Positions 55,460 to 64,000 of a DNA stretch of 64,000 nucleotides are shown piece after piece. The stretch covers positions 586 to 64,585 of the forward strand of contig JBBDZC010000003.1 in assembly GCA_040900375.1 (NCBI GenBank). The letters run 5' to 3'. Source of the stretch: Candidatus Anderseniibacteriota bacterium (lineage in GTDB: Bacteria; Patescibacteriota; Andersenbacteria; UBA10190). The position numbers were made by a program, and so were the translations under genes. The notes beneath the pieces were generated by a model. The model saw only the letters and a list, made by a program, of their open reading frames with translations. It did not search any database and was not told the origin of the DNA. How positions within the stretch are numbered: the stretch's first letter is position 1; each line of letters opens with the position of its first letter.

Positions 55460-57751
55460 TTGTCACCAGTTTTTTGGACCGTGGCCGATATTTCTCTTCT
55501 TAATAAACATCGCCCTCTATTTTTTCTGGCAATAGTGTTAGCTCTTGCCTTCTATCCGCTGTGGCTCGGCAGGTTTTATGCCATCGGTGACATGCGTGAT
55601 GTCTTTATTCCCCTAGAATTGTTTTTTCAACAACAGCTCCGCATCGGAAATCTTCCGGCATGGCATCCCGATGTAGCGTGGGGGTTTCCGGCAATTGCCG
55701 CCGCCCAGATTGGATTTTTTTACCCCCCGCTTCTCCTCGGCCGCCTCCTCCCCCTCTGGTTCTATCTCCCCCTTATTCTTGTCCTCCATTTTTTTGCCCT
55801 CGCTTGGGGCACATTCTTATTTCTGAAGAAACTTTCATGTACTTCCCAGGCTGCGGTTTTGGGCAGCATCTCGTTGAGCCTCTCGGCGTTCCTGTGGCAG
55901 CATCTCACCCATCTCAATATTACTCTCATCCTCGCTTGGCTACCCTGGCAGCTTTTAGTTGCCCACCGGCTGGCAGAGAAACCTACTCGTTGGCAATATC
56001 TTCTGGGAGCGGTTGTGACTATTGCTCTACCCTTTCTTGCCGGCCAACTCCAACTTCCCCTAATAATGGCCGCCTTTACAACAATCTACTTTTTTAGGCA
56101 ATCGAGAGCCCATTCCCATTTCTTCCGGAATACAGCATGTATCTGGATAATTATCACTCTGGCCGTCATCGCTGTCAGCGCCGTTCAACTTTTACCTACC
56201 TTGGAACTACTCCTTCATTCCTCGCGCGGTAGCGGAGGCGCATGGGACAGCGGGCGAGCTAATCAACATAGTTTTCCGCTATACCATCTTCCTACGCTGC
56301 TTTTTCCCCGTTTCTTTGGAACTGATAGTACCTATTGGGGAAAACGTCTAGAGATTGAGTACGGTATTTTTATTGGCACCATACCGCTTCTCTTGAGTCT
56401 CTGGGCTATCTGGCGCTTTAGGCCAAGCCACAGATTCTGGGTAGCTACTGCCACTATTTCGTTCTTGCTTGCCTTAGGCAGCGCCTCTCCCTTTCGTCTC
56501 GTGGGGCTAGAACCTTCCCTATGGTACTTTTCCGCCCCTGCCCGCTGGCTGGTGTTGACGACGTTGAGCTTAAGCATCCTGGCTGCTTTTGGCTATGACT
56601 ACCTGCGCCAGCATGCTGCCTCTTTTCGCAAGTTTTCCGCGCGCGCCAGTTGGCTTCTGGCAACAGTGGTAGCTGTAGCCAATATTGCCATCTACATTGC
56701 GCCACATTTTCTTGAGCGTCTTCTTAATTATGTTCAGTCAAACATTCCCTCTCTTTTGACCGGCCGGCCGGTCAATTACTACGAGGAGAAAGTGCGGCAG
56801 CTTTTAACCAGCATTCAGGACACCAGCGTAAGCCTCGCCTCGCCTTTCACGTGGCTGACACTCATGATGCTACTACTTACTCCTTGGCTTGTTAGTTCTA
56901 AGCGGTGGTACAAACTTCTGATCGCGGCGGCTGCCCTAGAGCTGATTCTGATTGCGGCGACCAGTACTCCCACAATTTCGTGGCGCAATATTTTAACTCC
57001 TCCCCAATCACTGTCTGTCCTGCCAGCTGCCGTGCAAGAAAAGCAAGCGCGGTTATTATCTCGACGTGAGGGGGGAGACACCGGCGCTTATTTCACCAAT
57101 CCTGCCTCACGAGCTGACACAGCCCTGCGCGCGCAGCAACGCCAGTTACTCCTGCCCCTCATGCATGCCCAATACCAAATAGCGGGGATCGAGTGGCCTG
57201 CTTCACTTGACCTACAGAGCCACGCTCATTACCGCGAGCGCTTGCAGGATGAGAGCGGCAATATTAACACGCCGTTGGCTGAATATCTTAACATTGGTGC
57301 GGTCTTAGTTCCGCCTGACTTGTCTCAACCAGAGAGCCTCTCTCTCTACCGCGAGACTGACGCCGTTAAGGTATACCAGATAGCGGCTCGCCCTCGCGCC
57401 GAGGTAGTAACCGTGACGGGTGAACCCATTGCCGATACACAAGCTTCGTATCGAGAAACAAGTGCCAGTACGGCAGAGATCCAAATAGATACTTCACAAC
57501 CCAGCCTGCTTCTGATCCGCAATACGTGGTACCCCGGCTGGCGAGCAACAATTGATGATAAGCCAGAGGCAGTTAAGCCAGTGAGCGAAATATTTCAGGG
57601 AGTAACCATACCGTCAGGTCGCTACGTAGTTAAGTTAAATTACCAGCCAACCTGGCTCTACGTAGGCCTTAGTGTCTCGTTAGTAGCCAGTTTACTGCTG
57701 GGACTCGGAGTAGTATATGCCAGGCTTTTCAAGCCCGTTTCTAGGGCTTGA
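55460..57751 (+). CDS. YfhO-like large membrane protein (GT-C fold glycosyltransferase using polyprenyl-P-sugar donors)
   Basis: 763 aa. The N-terminal polytopic domain (FYAIGDMRDVFIPLELFFQQQLRIGNLPAWHPDVAWGFP) is YfhO-like, with a C-terminal extracytoplasmic domain and a final TM helix. Sits 8 nt after the DPM1-like GT2. Confidence 0.55.
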   Translation: MSPVFWTVADISLLNKHRPLFFLAIVLALAFYPLWLGRFYAIGDMRDVFIPLELFFQQQLRIGNLPAWHPDVAWGFPAIAAAQIGFFYPPLLLGRLLPLWFYLPLILVLHFFALAWGTFLFLKKLSCTSQAAVLGSISLSLSAFLWQHLTHLNITLILAWLPWQLLVAHRLAEKPTRWQYLLGAVVTIALPFLAGQLQLPLIMAAFTTIYFFRQSRAHSHFFRNTACIWIIITLAVIAVSAVQLLPTLELLLHSSRGSGGAWDSGRANQHSFPLYHLPTLLFPRFFGTDSTYWGKRLEIEYGIFIGTIPLLLSLWAIWRFRPSHRFWVATATISFLLALGSASPFRLVGLEPSLWYFSAPARWLVLTTLSLSILAAFGYDYLRQHAASFRKFSARASWLLATVVAVANIAIYIAPHFLERLLNYVQSNIPSLLTGRPVNYYEEKVRQLLTSIQDTSVSLASPFTWLTLMMLLLTPWLVSSKRWYKLLIAAAALELILIAATSTPTISWRNILTPPQSLSVLPAAVQEKQARLLSRREGGDTGAYFTNPASRADTALRAQQRQLLLPLMHAQYQIAGIEWPASLDLQSHAHYRERLQDESGNINTPLAEYLNIGAVLVPPDLSQPESLSLYRETDAVKVYQIAARPRAEVVTVTGEPIADTQASYRETSASTAEIQIDTSQPSLLLIRNTWYPGWRATIDDKPEAVKPVSEIFQGVTIPSGRYVVKLNYQPTWLYVGLSVSLVASLLLGLGVVYARLFKPVSRA

Positions 57752-57776
57752 AGACATGTTACTCTAACTACTAACT

Positions 57777-58985
57777 ATGCCGCGCCCACTCACTCTCTTA
57801 TTCTCTGTACCCACTGGCTACAATGCTCGGGAGTTGCTAACCCCCCTGCAAGAGCATTTGGAACGAGATGAAGCTGTGGGCTCCGTTATTTGCCTCACGC
57901 CGGCTGCCGCCGCTCATCAAGAAATCTTTCCCTCGTTTACTAAGAAATTCCGTTTTATTGCCAATCCTGCGCGCCAGACGCTCCATCATAAACTTTTACA
58001 ACAACTGGCTCCTGACATAGTCGTTACGCCCACCGCGGGCCTCGATCATCACGACACGCCGATTCTTCGCGCCAGCCAGCAGCTAAACATCCCCAGCCTT
58101 ACTTTTATCTCAAGTTGGGACAATGTTTATAAAATGGAGCGCTTCCAAAAATATGGGAAGGCTTACGAGCTCGCTGACCACCTCGTGGTCTGGAATCAAA
58201 TGATGCATGATCACCTCCGTAAAATCTTCCCCCATCTAAAATCTGAAGCAATTTCCATTATCGGTGCGCCGCGTCTCGACTTCTTTACCCACACCGATCG
58301 CCTCCCGTCAAAAAAGACTCTCTTGCAGCATCTTGGCCTTCCCTATGACCGAGGTAAAATCATCCACCTAGCTACCACCGAACTCTATCCTATGGGGTAC
58401 ATTGTCCAGACCATAAGAGAAGCAGAAACTAGCGGAAAAATTCCCCATCAGCTCCATATATATGCTTCTGTTCATCCGGGCGGCGACCTCTCCAAGCACC
58501 GGGCCTATGCCCGCCAATACGGTGTGGTCTTGGGCTATTCGTTTGGGCGCCGCGAATCTTCATCCCATCCTAATTTTCTCTATAATCCTACCCGTGAAGA
58601 AATTTATTTGCTCGTCGCCTTATTTAAGCACGCAGATGTACTGGTTAACCACAGCTCCACGGTCGCAATTGAATCACTTTTCGCAAATGTCCCCGTTATC
58701 AATGTTAAATATGGTCAACCTCTCGATTGGTGGCGTTGGTATCGGTCTATGGTTTATCGAGACTTTCAACAACACTACGCTGACATCACGGCGGGACAGG
58801 CAACCACTATTGTCCATAGTAAGCGAGAGCTCATCCAAGCTTTAAACAAGGATCTTGCCGATCCAGGGCATCTGGCGGCCGCGCGGCAGCAAACCCTTAA
58901 AAGGATAATCACAACAATTGATGGCACGGCTGGCAGGCAACTCCTTGACAAAATTAAACAAATCGCCGTACAACGAAAGACTTAA
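57777..58985 (+). CDS. hypothetical GT-B-like transferase (TagB/TagF / capsule-synthesis-like), low confidence
   Basis: 402 aa, soluble, with Rossmann-like halves. No firm motif recognised. Confidence 0.3.
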   Translation: MPRPLTLLFSVPTGYNARELLTPLQEHLERDEAVGSVICLTPAAAAHQEIFPSFTKKFRFIANPARQTLHHKLLQQLAPDIVVTPTAGLDHHDTPILRASQQLNIPSLTFISSWDNVYKMERFQKYGKAYELADHLVVWNQMMHDHLRKIFPHLKSEAISIIGAPRLDFFTHTDRLPSKKTLLQHLGLPYDRGKIIHLATTELYPMGYIVQTIREAETSGKIPHQLHIYASVHPGGDLSKHRAYARQYGVVLGYSFGRRESSSHPNFLYNPTREEIYLLVALFKHADVLVNHSSTVAIESLFANVPVINVKYGQPLDWWRWYRSMVYRDFQQHYADITAGQATTIVHSKRELIQALNKDLADPGHLAAARQQTLKRIITTIDGTAGRQLLDKIKQIAVQRKT

Positions 58986-59004
58986 AAGCATTGCTCTAAA
59001 GGCT

Positions 59005-59655
59005 ATGAAAACCCGAGGTGCCATTACTTTTGTGTTTGATGACGGCTACCAAGTAATCCATGAGGTGGTCGTGCCTTTACTTGATCGCCTGGCCCTCCCC
59101 GGCGTTTTTGCTATCCCGTTGACTACCAAGACTGTCGCCCAAACTGAAGACCGGCCAGTAACACCCTGGCAGCAGTGGCAGCACATTCATGCTCGTCATG
59201 AAATCGCTGCTCACTCAATTGACCATCTCAACTTAACAACCTGTGATTCGACGCAATTAGCCCATCAACTACAGGAACCCCAACAAACACTTCATGCTAC
59301 TACTTTGGTGTACCCTGGCGGGGCCTTTAACCAAACTGTGCAGCAGGCAGCGAGCAGCTACTATACCGCTGCCCGCACGGTCCAGCGCGGGTTGTCTACT
59401 TTGCCTCCCCGTCAACCGTTGCAGTTACCGACGTATAATTTTACCCGTCATAATTTTTCCGTTAGCCGCGCTAATTATCTGGCCACTGTCGCCTGGGTAA
59501 CAAACCGCTGGTTGATTGAAACGTATCACCTCATTGATAATAACGAACATGAGAAATTACACGCGGTGAAATTAGATGACTTCACGCGGCACCTGCAATT
59601 CGTGAAATATCTCCCGGTGCGTGTGAGTACCATCCGCGATATTATGAGCGCTTAA
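59005..59655 (+). CDS. polysaccharide deacetylase (NodB/CE4-like)
   Basis: ITFVFDDGYQ (the TFDDG motif) and HEIAAHSIDHLNLT (an H..H.DH metal/His motif). The start is taken at MKTRGA because the ORF-track start overlaps the upstream gene. Confidence 0.65.
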   Translation: MKTRGAITFVFDDGYQVIHEVVVPLLDRLALPGVFAIPLTTKTVAQTEDRPVTPWQQWQHIHARHEIAAHSIDHLNLTTCDSTQLAHQLQEPQQTLHATTLVYPGGAFNQTVQQAASSYYTAARTVQRGLSTLPPRQPLQLPTYNFTRHNFSVSRANYLATVAWVTNRWLIETYHLIDNNEHEKLHAVKLDDFTRHLQFVKYLPVRVSTIRDIMSA

Positions 59656-59659
59656 CCCT

Positions 59660-60460
59660 ATGAAACTCTCCGCCATTGTTATCACTAAAAATGAGTCAAC
59701 AACCATTGCTCGCTGTCTTAAGAGCCTAAGTTTTGCTGACGAGACGATTGTCGTTGATGCTCATAGTGATGATGATACCGTCGCCCGGGCAGAGCATTGT
59801 GGCGGCCGCGTCTTTACCCGAACATGGGCAGGCTATGGTCAACAGAAAAATTTCGGGGCGGCGCAGGCCCGAGGCGAGTGGTTACTATTTATTGATGCGG
59901 ACGAAGAAGTAACCCCGGCACTACGGGAAGTGATCCAAGCTACGCTGGTGGCACCTAAGGCTGATTTTTATTGGCTACGGACCGTCAATATTTTTTTGGG
60001 TCAACCCCTTTATCATCTCTATGGCCATAATCCTCGTCTTTTTAAAAAAGGCAGGGGACAGTGGAGTGCCCGCTATGTTCATGAACAGGTTGAACGCTTT
60101 GCTACCCCTACCACCGAGAAGATAGTCATTACCCTAGGCGACCCTTATTCTCGTCTTCTCTCTGAACCACTCTTACACCATTCACACCCCTCAATCCACT
60201 CTTACCTTGAGAAAATGCATCGGTACACTTCACTCGATGCTCAATACATGCTCACCACTCACCGCCATCGTTCTGGCCGAGTTATCACTCCTTCAGTGAT
60301 GCTGCCGTGGACCCTCGCCGTGCGCCAATTTATTAAATTATTACTGTATCGCCGCGGCCTCCTCGATGGCTGGCCAGGAATATTGTGGTGCAGTTTATCA
60401 GCCTACTACGAGTGGGAAATGGGTAAAAAATACCTTGCCCTTAAGCAACAGCGTCCATGA
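59660..60460 (+). CDS. glycosyltransferase family 2
   Basis: MKLSAIVITKNESTTIARCLKSL...VVDAHSDDDT...FIDADEE. Confidence 0.8.
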   Translation: MKLSAIVITKNESTTIARCLKSLSFADETIVVDAHSDDDTVARAEHCGGRVFTRTWAGYGQQKNFGAAQARGEWLLFIDADEEVTPALREVIQATLVAPKADFYWLRTVNIFLGQPLYHLYGHNPRLFKKGRGQWSARYVHEQVERFATPTTEKIVITLGDPYSRLLSEPLLHHSHPSIHSYLEKMHRYTSLDAQYMLTTHRHRSGRVITPSVMLPWTLAVRQFIKLLLYRRGLLDGWPGILWCSLSAYYEWEMGKKYLALKQQRP

Positions 60461-61605
60461 GAATAGTCCATACCTGTCTGCGGTATCCGCCCGCCAGTGG
60501 CGGAGTCGAGACATACGTGCAGCAAATTGTTGAAGGGACAAGGGATATTGATAACATGCGCGACGTGCGGGTGCTCACGAGCAAGCTGCGTACTCATGGC
60601 CCCCTCTCTCTGCTTAATCCCGAAGAACTTCTGGATGATCCGCCATACGTGCAGCGTATCCACCATCTGGCCACGCCAGGAATTTCTTATCCCCGCCTCC
60701 AGGCGCTGCGTTACTACTTAGGCCACCACCAGCCCGACGTAATTCATGGCTATAGTTTTTGGTATCAACCAGCCGATATCGCCGCCCGTTTTGCCCAGCA
60801 GCATCGTATCCCCTTCATCTTTCACCCCCTGTACTATACCAATGAAGTTCGTCGCAAACTTATCTGGCGACTCTATAAAAAACTCTACGGCATCCATACC
60901 TTTGCCGCCGCTGACGTGGTGGTTGTTATCTCACCCTACGAACAATCACTACTAGCACACGAAGGCTTTCCCTTGAAGCGCTGTGTTCTCATTCCGCCGG
61001 GAATTGATACTGGCGCCTACACTCGTTCCCGCTCTAACCCCTATCAATTTGATCCCACCCACCCTGTTCTTCTGGCCGTCAGCCGACTAGCGCCCGGCAA
61101 GGGCCTCGATGAACTGATCCGAGTTATGCCATTGGTCCAACGAGAACATCAGACAGTACAATTAGTGATCATCGGCGAAGATTTTGGTGCGCGCCGTAGC
61201 CTGATGGCGCTTGCTACGAGCCTTGACCTAACAGCCACGGTCCACTTTTGGGGCAAGGTTACCCAAGAAAAATTAATTGCGGCATACCAACATGCGACTC
61301 TCTTTATCCATCCCTCGCACTATGAAGCCTTTGGTATCGCGGTCGCCGAAGCCGAGGCGTGTCGCACACCAGTTATCGCCCGCAATAGCACTGCCTTGCC
61401 TTTCGTGGCTCCCCATCAGCAAGTAGGCTTGCTCTACTCCCAGCCATCCGATTTAGTCCAAGCGATTCTCACACTCCTGTCACGGCCCACCCTGCGCCGC
61501 CAATATGGTGAAGCAGGCCTACGACACATCCAGCATAACTTTTCACTGGGCACGACTATAAAAAAAATGACCAACCTCTATGATGAGCTTAGTCAATCCT
61601 CATGA
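60457..61605 (+). CDS. glycosyltransferase family 4
   Basis: PSHYEAFGIAVAEAEACRTPVIARNSTALPFV. Confidence 0.75.
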   Translation: MRIVHTCLRYPPASGGVETYVQQIVEGTRDIDNMRDVRVLTSKLRTHGPLSLLNPEELLDDPPYVQRIHHLATPGISYPRLQALRYYLGHHQPDVIHGYSFWYQPADIAARFAQQHRIPFIFHPLYYTNEVRRKLIWRLYKKLYGIHTFAAADVVVVISPYEQSLLAHEGFPLKRCVLIPPGIDTGAYTRSRSNPYQFDPTHPVLLAVSRLAPGKGLDELIRVMPLVQREHQTVQLVIIGEDFGARRSLMALATSLDLTATVHFWGKVTQEKLIAAYQHATLFIHPSHYEAFGIAVAEAEACRTPVIARNSTALPFVAPHQQVGLLYSQPSDLVQAILTLLSRPTLRRQYGEAGLRHIQHNFSLGTTIKKMTNLYDELSQSS

Positions 61606-62657
61606 CTACCAATCAATCATCCCCCAAAAAAGTTCTTCTACTCGCTTTGTCTGGCATCGGTAATTTTCTTATGCAATCGCCTGTTTTTCAAGCGATCAAA
61701 CAAGCCCATCCCGGCTGGCACATAACCGCCTGGGTCGCTCCTCGCGGCACTAAGACCCTAGCTCACAATAACGCCTATATTGATGAGGTCATTGAAGAAC
61801 CAATCAAACGTAGCCTTGAACAACACTTGTCCTTAACCAGGCGACTACGTCAGTCACACTTTGATATTGGCATCGTCTTATCTCCGGGGCAATTAATCAA
61901 AAGCAGTTTATACCTTTTTGCTAGTAGCATTCCCGTCCGTGTCGGCCACTACTACCCTCTGGGTCACAATCCTCATAGTCACCTTTTCTTGACTCACGCT
62001 ATTCCTGAACAAGATAATTTGCATGACATTGAACAAAACTTATCATTGCTCAATCTCCTTGGTATCCCCCCCGCCTCGACTCCCGTCCAGTACAGCCTCG
62101 TTATTCCCATTACTGCGCAAAAACAAGCCGAAGTGATGCTGGCCCAACTCCAGCTCCCCCTTAGTAAAAAAATTATTGGTTTCCACGTCGGCTCCGCTCC
62201 GCAATTTCACTGGAAGCGCTGGCCGCTCGAATACTTTGCCGCAATAGGCCGTCAGCTGATTGAGCGAAATGCTCACATTCTCCTCCTGGGCTCGCTTGAT
62301 GAAATAGGCCCGATGAAAAAAATGAGGCGGCTGCTGGGTAGTGATACCACAATCATTACCGCTGACCTTTTAACCACTGCGGCTATTATGCAACATTGCC
62401 GTGTGCTTGTATCAAACGATTCAGGACTTATGCATGTGGGCGCGGCGACCGGGGTTAAAACCTTAGGATTATTCGGCCCAACTGACGAGAAAAAAACCGG
62501 CCCACGCGGGCCAAAAAGCTATGTTGTCCGCGCCCCCGGTACGAGCCCGGTGTACCATACAGAGAAGAACTTTAGCCTAGGCATACGACCGCACGAGAGT
62601 CTCGTGGCGCTTAAACCCGCCCAGGTTATAAGAACTATCACAGACTTGCTGTCGTAG
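61602..62657 (+). CDS. glycosyltransferase family 9 (heptosyltransferase-like)
   Basis: KVLLLALSGIGNFLMQSPVFQAIKQAHPGWHITAWV and C-terminal ...VSNDSGLMHVGAATGVKTLGLFGPT (the GT9 DSG.MH motif). Confidence 0.7.
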   Translation: MTTNQSSPKKVLLLALSGIGNFLMQSPVFQAIKQAHPGWHITAWVAPRGTKTLAHNNAYIDEVIEEPIKRSLEQHLSLTRRLRQSHFDIGIVLSPGQLIKSSLYLFASSIPVRVGHYYPLGHNPHSHLFLTHAIPEQDNLHDIEQNLSLLNLLGIPPASTPVQYSLVIPITAQKQAEVMLAQLQLPLSKKIIGFHVGSAPQFHWKRWPLEYFAAIGRQLIERNAHILLLGSLDEIGPMKKMRRLLGSDTTIITADLLTTAAIMQHCRVLVSNDSGLMHVGAATGVKTLGLFGPTDEKKTGPRGPKSYVVRAPGTSPVYHTEKNFSLGIRPHESLVALKPAQVIRTITDLLS

Positions 62658-63891
62658 AGGCACGGCGAGCTGCTGCTTGATAAACAGTCTCATGTTGCCG
62701 AGCAATAAGATCGGGATCCAGATGTGTTATAACCCAGCGCTGGGCCGCTTCTTGGATCTTCTTCCGGTCAGAAGCTCCAAGGTTAAGCGCCGTCACTAAC
62801 TGCTCTTGCAGAGAGGCCACCGATCCTGCCTGACACAGTAACCCGGTAACACCATGATCTACAATTTCTCCTGGGCCACCCCTATTACTGGTGACCACCA
62901 CCCGTCCCCGCGCCATTGCTTCCACCACTGTTCGGCCAAAAGGTTCTATCCAGATATGAGGCGCCACTACCACCAGGGCTTTATCATAAAAGGCGTGAAT
63001 TTTATCCCACGCCACACGCCCCGAAAAAATAACACGCTGTTGTAAACCCTTACTGGTAACAAAATGTTGGTATTGTTTCTTTTGCGCTCCTTCGCCGACA
63101 ATTTTTAACTTAACATCGGCAAACTCGGCCGCGATATTGGCAAAAGCCTCAAGCAATACCCCTACTCCTTTATACATTTCGACTGTGCCGACATAGAGGA
63201 TTTCTTTTGTGGGCGGCGTAACTGCCGGCACGGTCAGATATTCCCTCGGCACCGGATTATAGATTACGTGCGTGACCTGGCCACGTAAATCTTGTTGTTG
63301 CTGGATCTCACTCCGGTGCGTGCGGGAAATAAAAATCTGGTGAGGAAATTTCTGAAAGGCGAGGCGGCGGTAATTAATATTGTATTTGTACTGCCACACG
63401 CGAAATGGTTTGCGCCACCAAGGGGCTTCCCTCACTCGATGATTGCGGACCACGTCTGGCCATGAGCAGTGACAGCGACGGCCATCAGACAAAATATTGT
63501 TAGTTGAGCCGCAGACTTGCGCATAATCACGAGCCGTAACCACAGCGTGAGGGTACTCTAATTCACTTAACGCCAGAGCACTACGAAAATCGTGCGCGTG
63601 AATAATGTCATATTGGCTGGCGTCACCAATCACGCGGGCTAAAACCCGCGCCATTTTGCGCGCGTGGGCGCGTTCAAAAAGAGGTTTAGCATCAAGCGAC
63701 AACGGCAAGCGGTGAACTACTACTCCCTGCAAATTATATTCTTCGTCTGCCCCGCCAGCAGTAATGACACGCACTTGGTGGCCTCGTTGTTGCAGGCTGG
63801 CCGCAATATAATGAGTTGATAATTCGCCCCCACCCTTACTCACTGGTGGGTAAAGCGCCGAAAGAAAAAGAAGCTTCATATTATCCTTCAT
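62638..63891 (-). CDS. glycosyltransferase family 4
   Basis: MKLLFLSALYPPVSKGGGELSTHYIAASLQQRGHQV...EPFGRTVVEAMARGRVVVTSNRGGPGEIV. Confidence 0.8.
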   Translation of the reverse strand: MKDNMKLLFLSALYPPVSKGGGELSTHYIAASLQQRGHQVRVITAGGADEEYNLQGVVVHRLPLSLDAKPLFERAHARKMARVLARVIGDASQYDIIHAHDFRSALALSELEYPHAVVTARDYAQVCGSTNNILSDGRRCHCSWPDVVRNHRVREAPWWRKPFRVWQYKYNINYRRLAFQKFPHQIFISRTHRSEIQQQQDLRGQVTHVIYNPVPREYLTVPAVTPPTKEILYVGTVEMYKGVGVLLEAFANIAAEFADVKLKIVGEGAQKKQYQHFVTSKGLQQRVIFSGRVAWDKIHAFYDKALVVVAPHIWIEPFGRTVVEAMARGRVVVTSNRGGPGEIVDHGVTGLLCQAGSVASLQEQLVTALNLGASDRKKIQEAAQRWVITHLDPDLIARQHETVYQAAARRASTTASL

Positions 63892-64000
63892 CTACCACCT
63901 GACGATAAACATCAAGCTCCTGTTGGGCAGCCGCTTTCCAGGAAAATTGACGAGCTCGCGCAAGCCCCCGCGTACGCAATTCACGCGCCAAGGCCGGTTG
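63881..64000 (-). CDS. C-terminal end of another GT4 glycosyltransferase (gene continues beyond window)
   Basis: The reverse frame ends ...ALARELRTRGLARARQFSWKAAAQQELDVYRQVVDEG*, a typical GT4 C-terminal helix. 11-nt overlap with the downstream GT4 start. Confidence 0.5.
   Translation of the reverse strand, partial: QPALARELRTRGLARARQFSWKAAAQQELDVYRQVVDEG

Noticed and set aside
1-64000. tRNA, rRNA or tmRNA genes
   Set aside because: Scanning both strands by eye for T-loop (GGTTCGAATCC-like), anticodon-stem and 16S/23S signature strings found nothing convincing. This is not definitive without tRNAscan/Infernal.

Overview
The window is a dense bacterial segment of about 50% GC, with no rRNA, tRNA or CRISPR seen.

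Gene content, in order:
- 1-3.8 kb, minus strand: the tail of the ribosomal alpha operon, infA-rpmJ-rpsM-rpsK-rpsD-rpoA-rplQ followed by rplM-rpsI. rpmJ is a 37-aa ORF missed by the ORF track.
- 3.9-12.7 kb: a membrane-anchored hypothetical protein, a compact alaS, a LOG-family gene, a VirD4/TraG-like ATPase with a membrane partner, and an unusual sigma-70-region-4 + tandem HARE-HTH protein.
- 13-21.6 kb: a cell-wall block in order murB-murC-murG-ftsW-murD-[repeat]-mraY-dacA-like.
- 21.6-64 kb: a ~42 kb glycosylation/cell-envelope island. It carries at least 7 GT2, 9 GT4 and 2 GT9 genes, three polyprenyl-phosphate-sugar synthase (GT2) / large polytopic membrane protein pairs (including a CsbB/GtrB-like + YfhO-like pair), Wzx-type flippases (one fused to a GT4 domain), MurJ, a polysaccharide deacetylase, a SpoIID/LytB protein, an orphan PAS histidine kinase + CheY-like regulator, and a divergent operon of a membrane-anchored MurF + DegT aminotransferase + FemAB-like transferase.

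The most striking non-coding signals are two families of structured repeats:
- A ~109-bp multi-hairpin repeat in four copies, two per orientation. It sits in intergenic spacers, including inside the dcw cluster, and next to a truncated NIF3 gene remnant.
- A ~180-bp element with 15-bp terminal inverted repeats, plus a 42-nt GC palindromic element present once intergenically and once as an in-frame insertion inside a GT2 gene.
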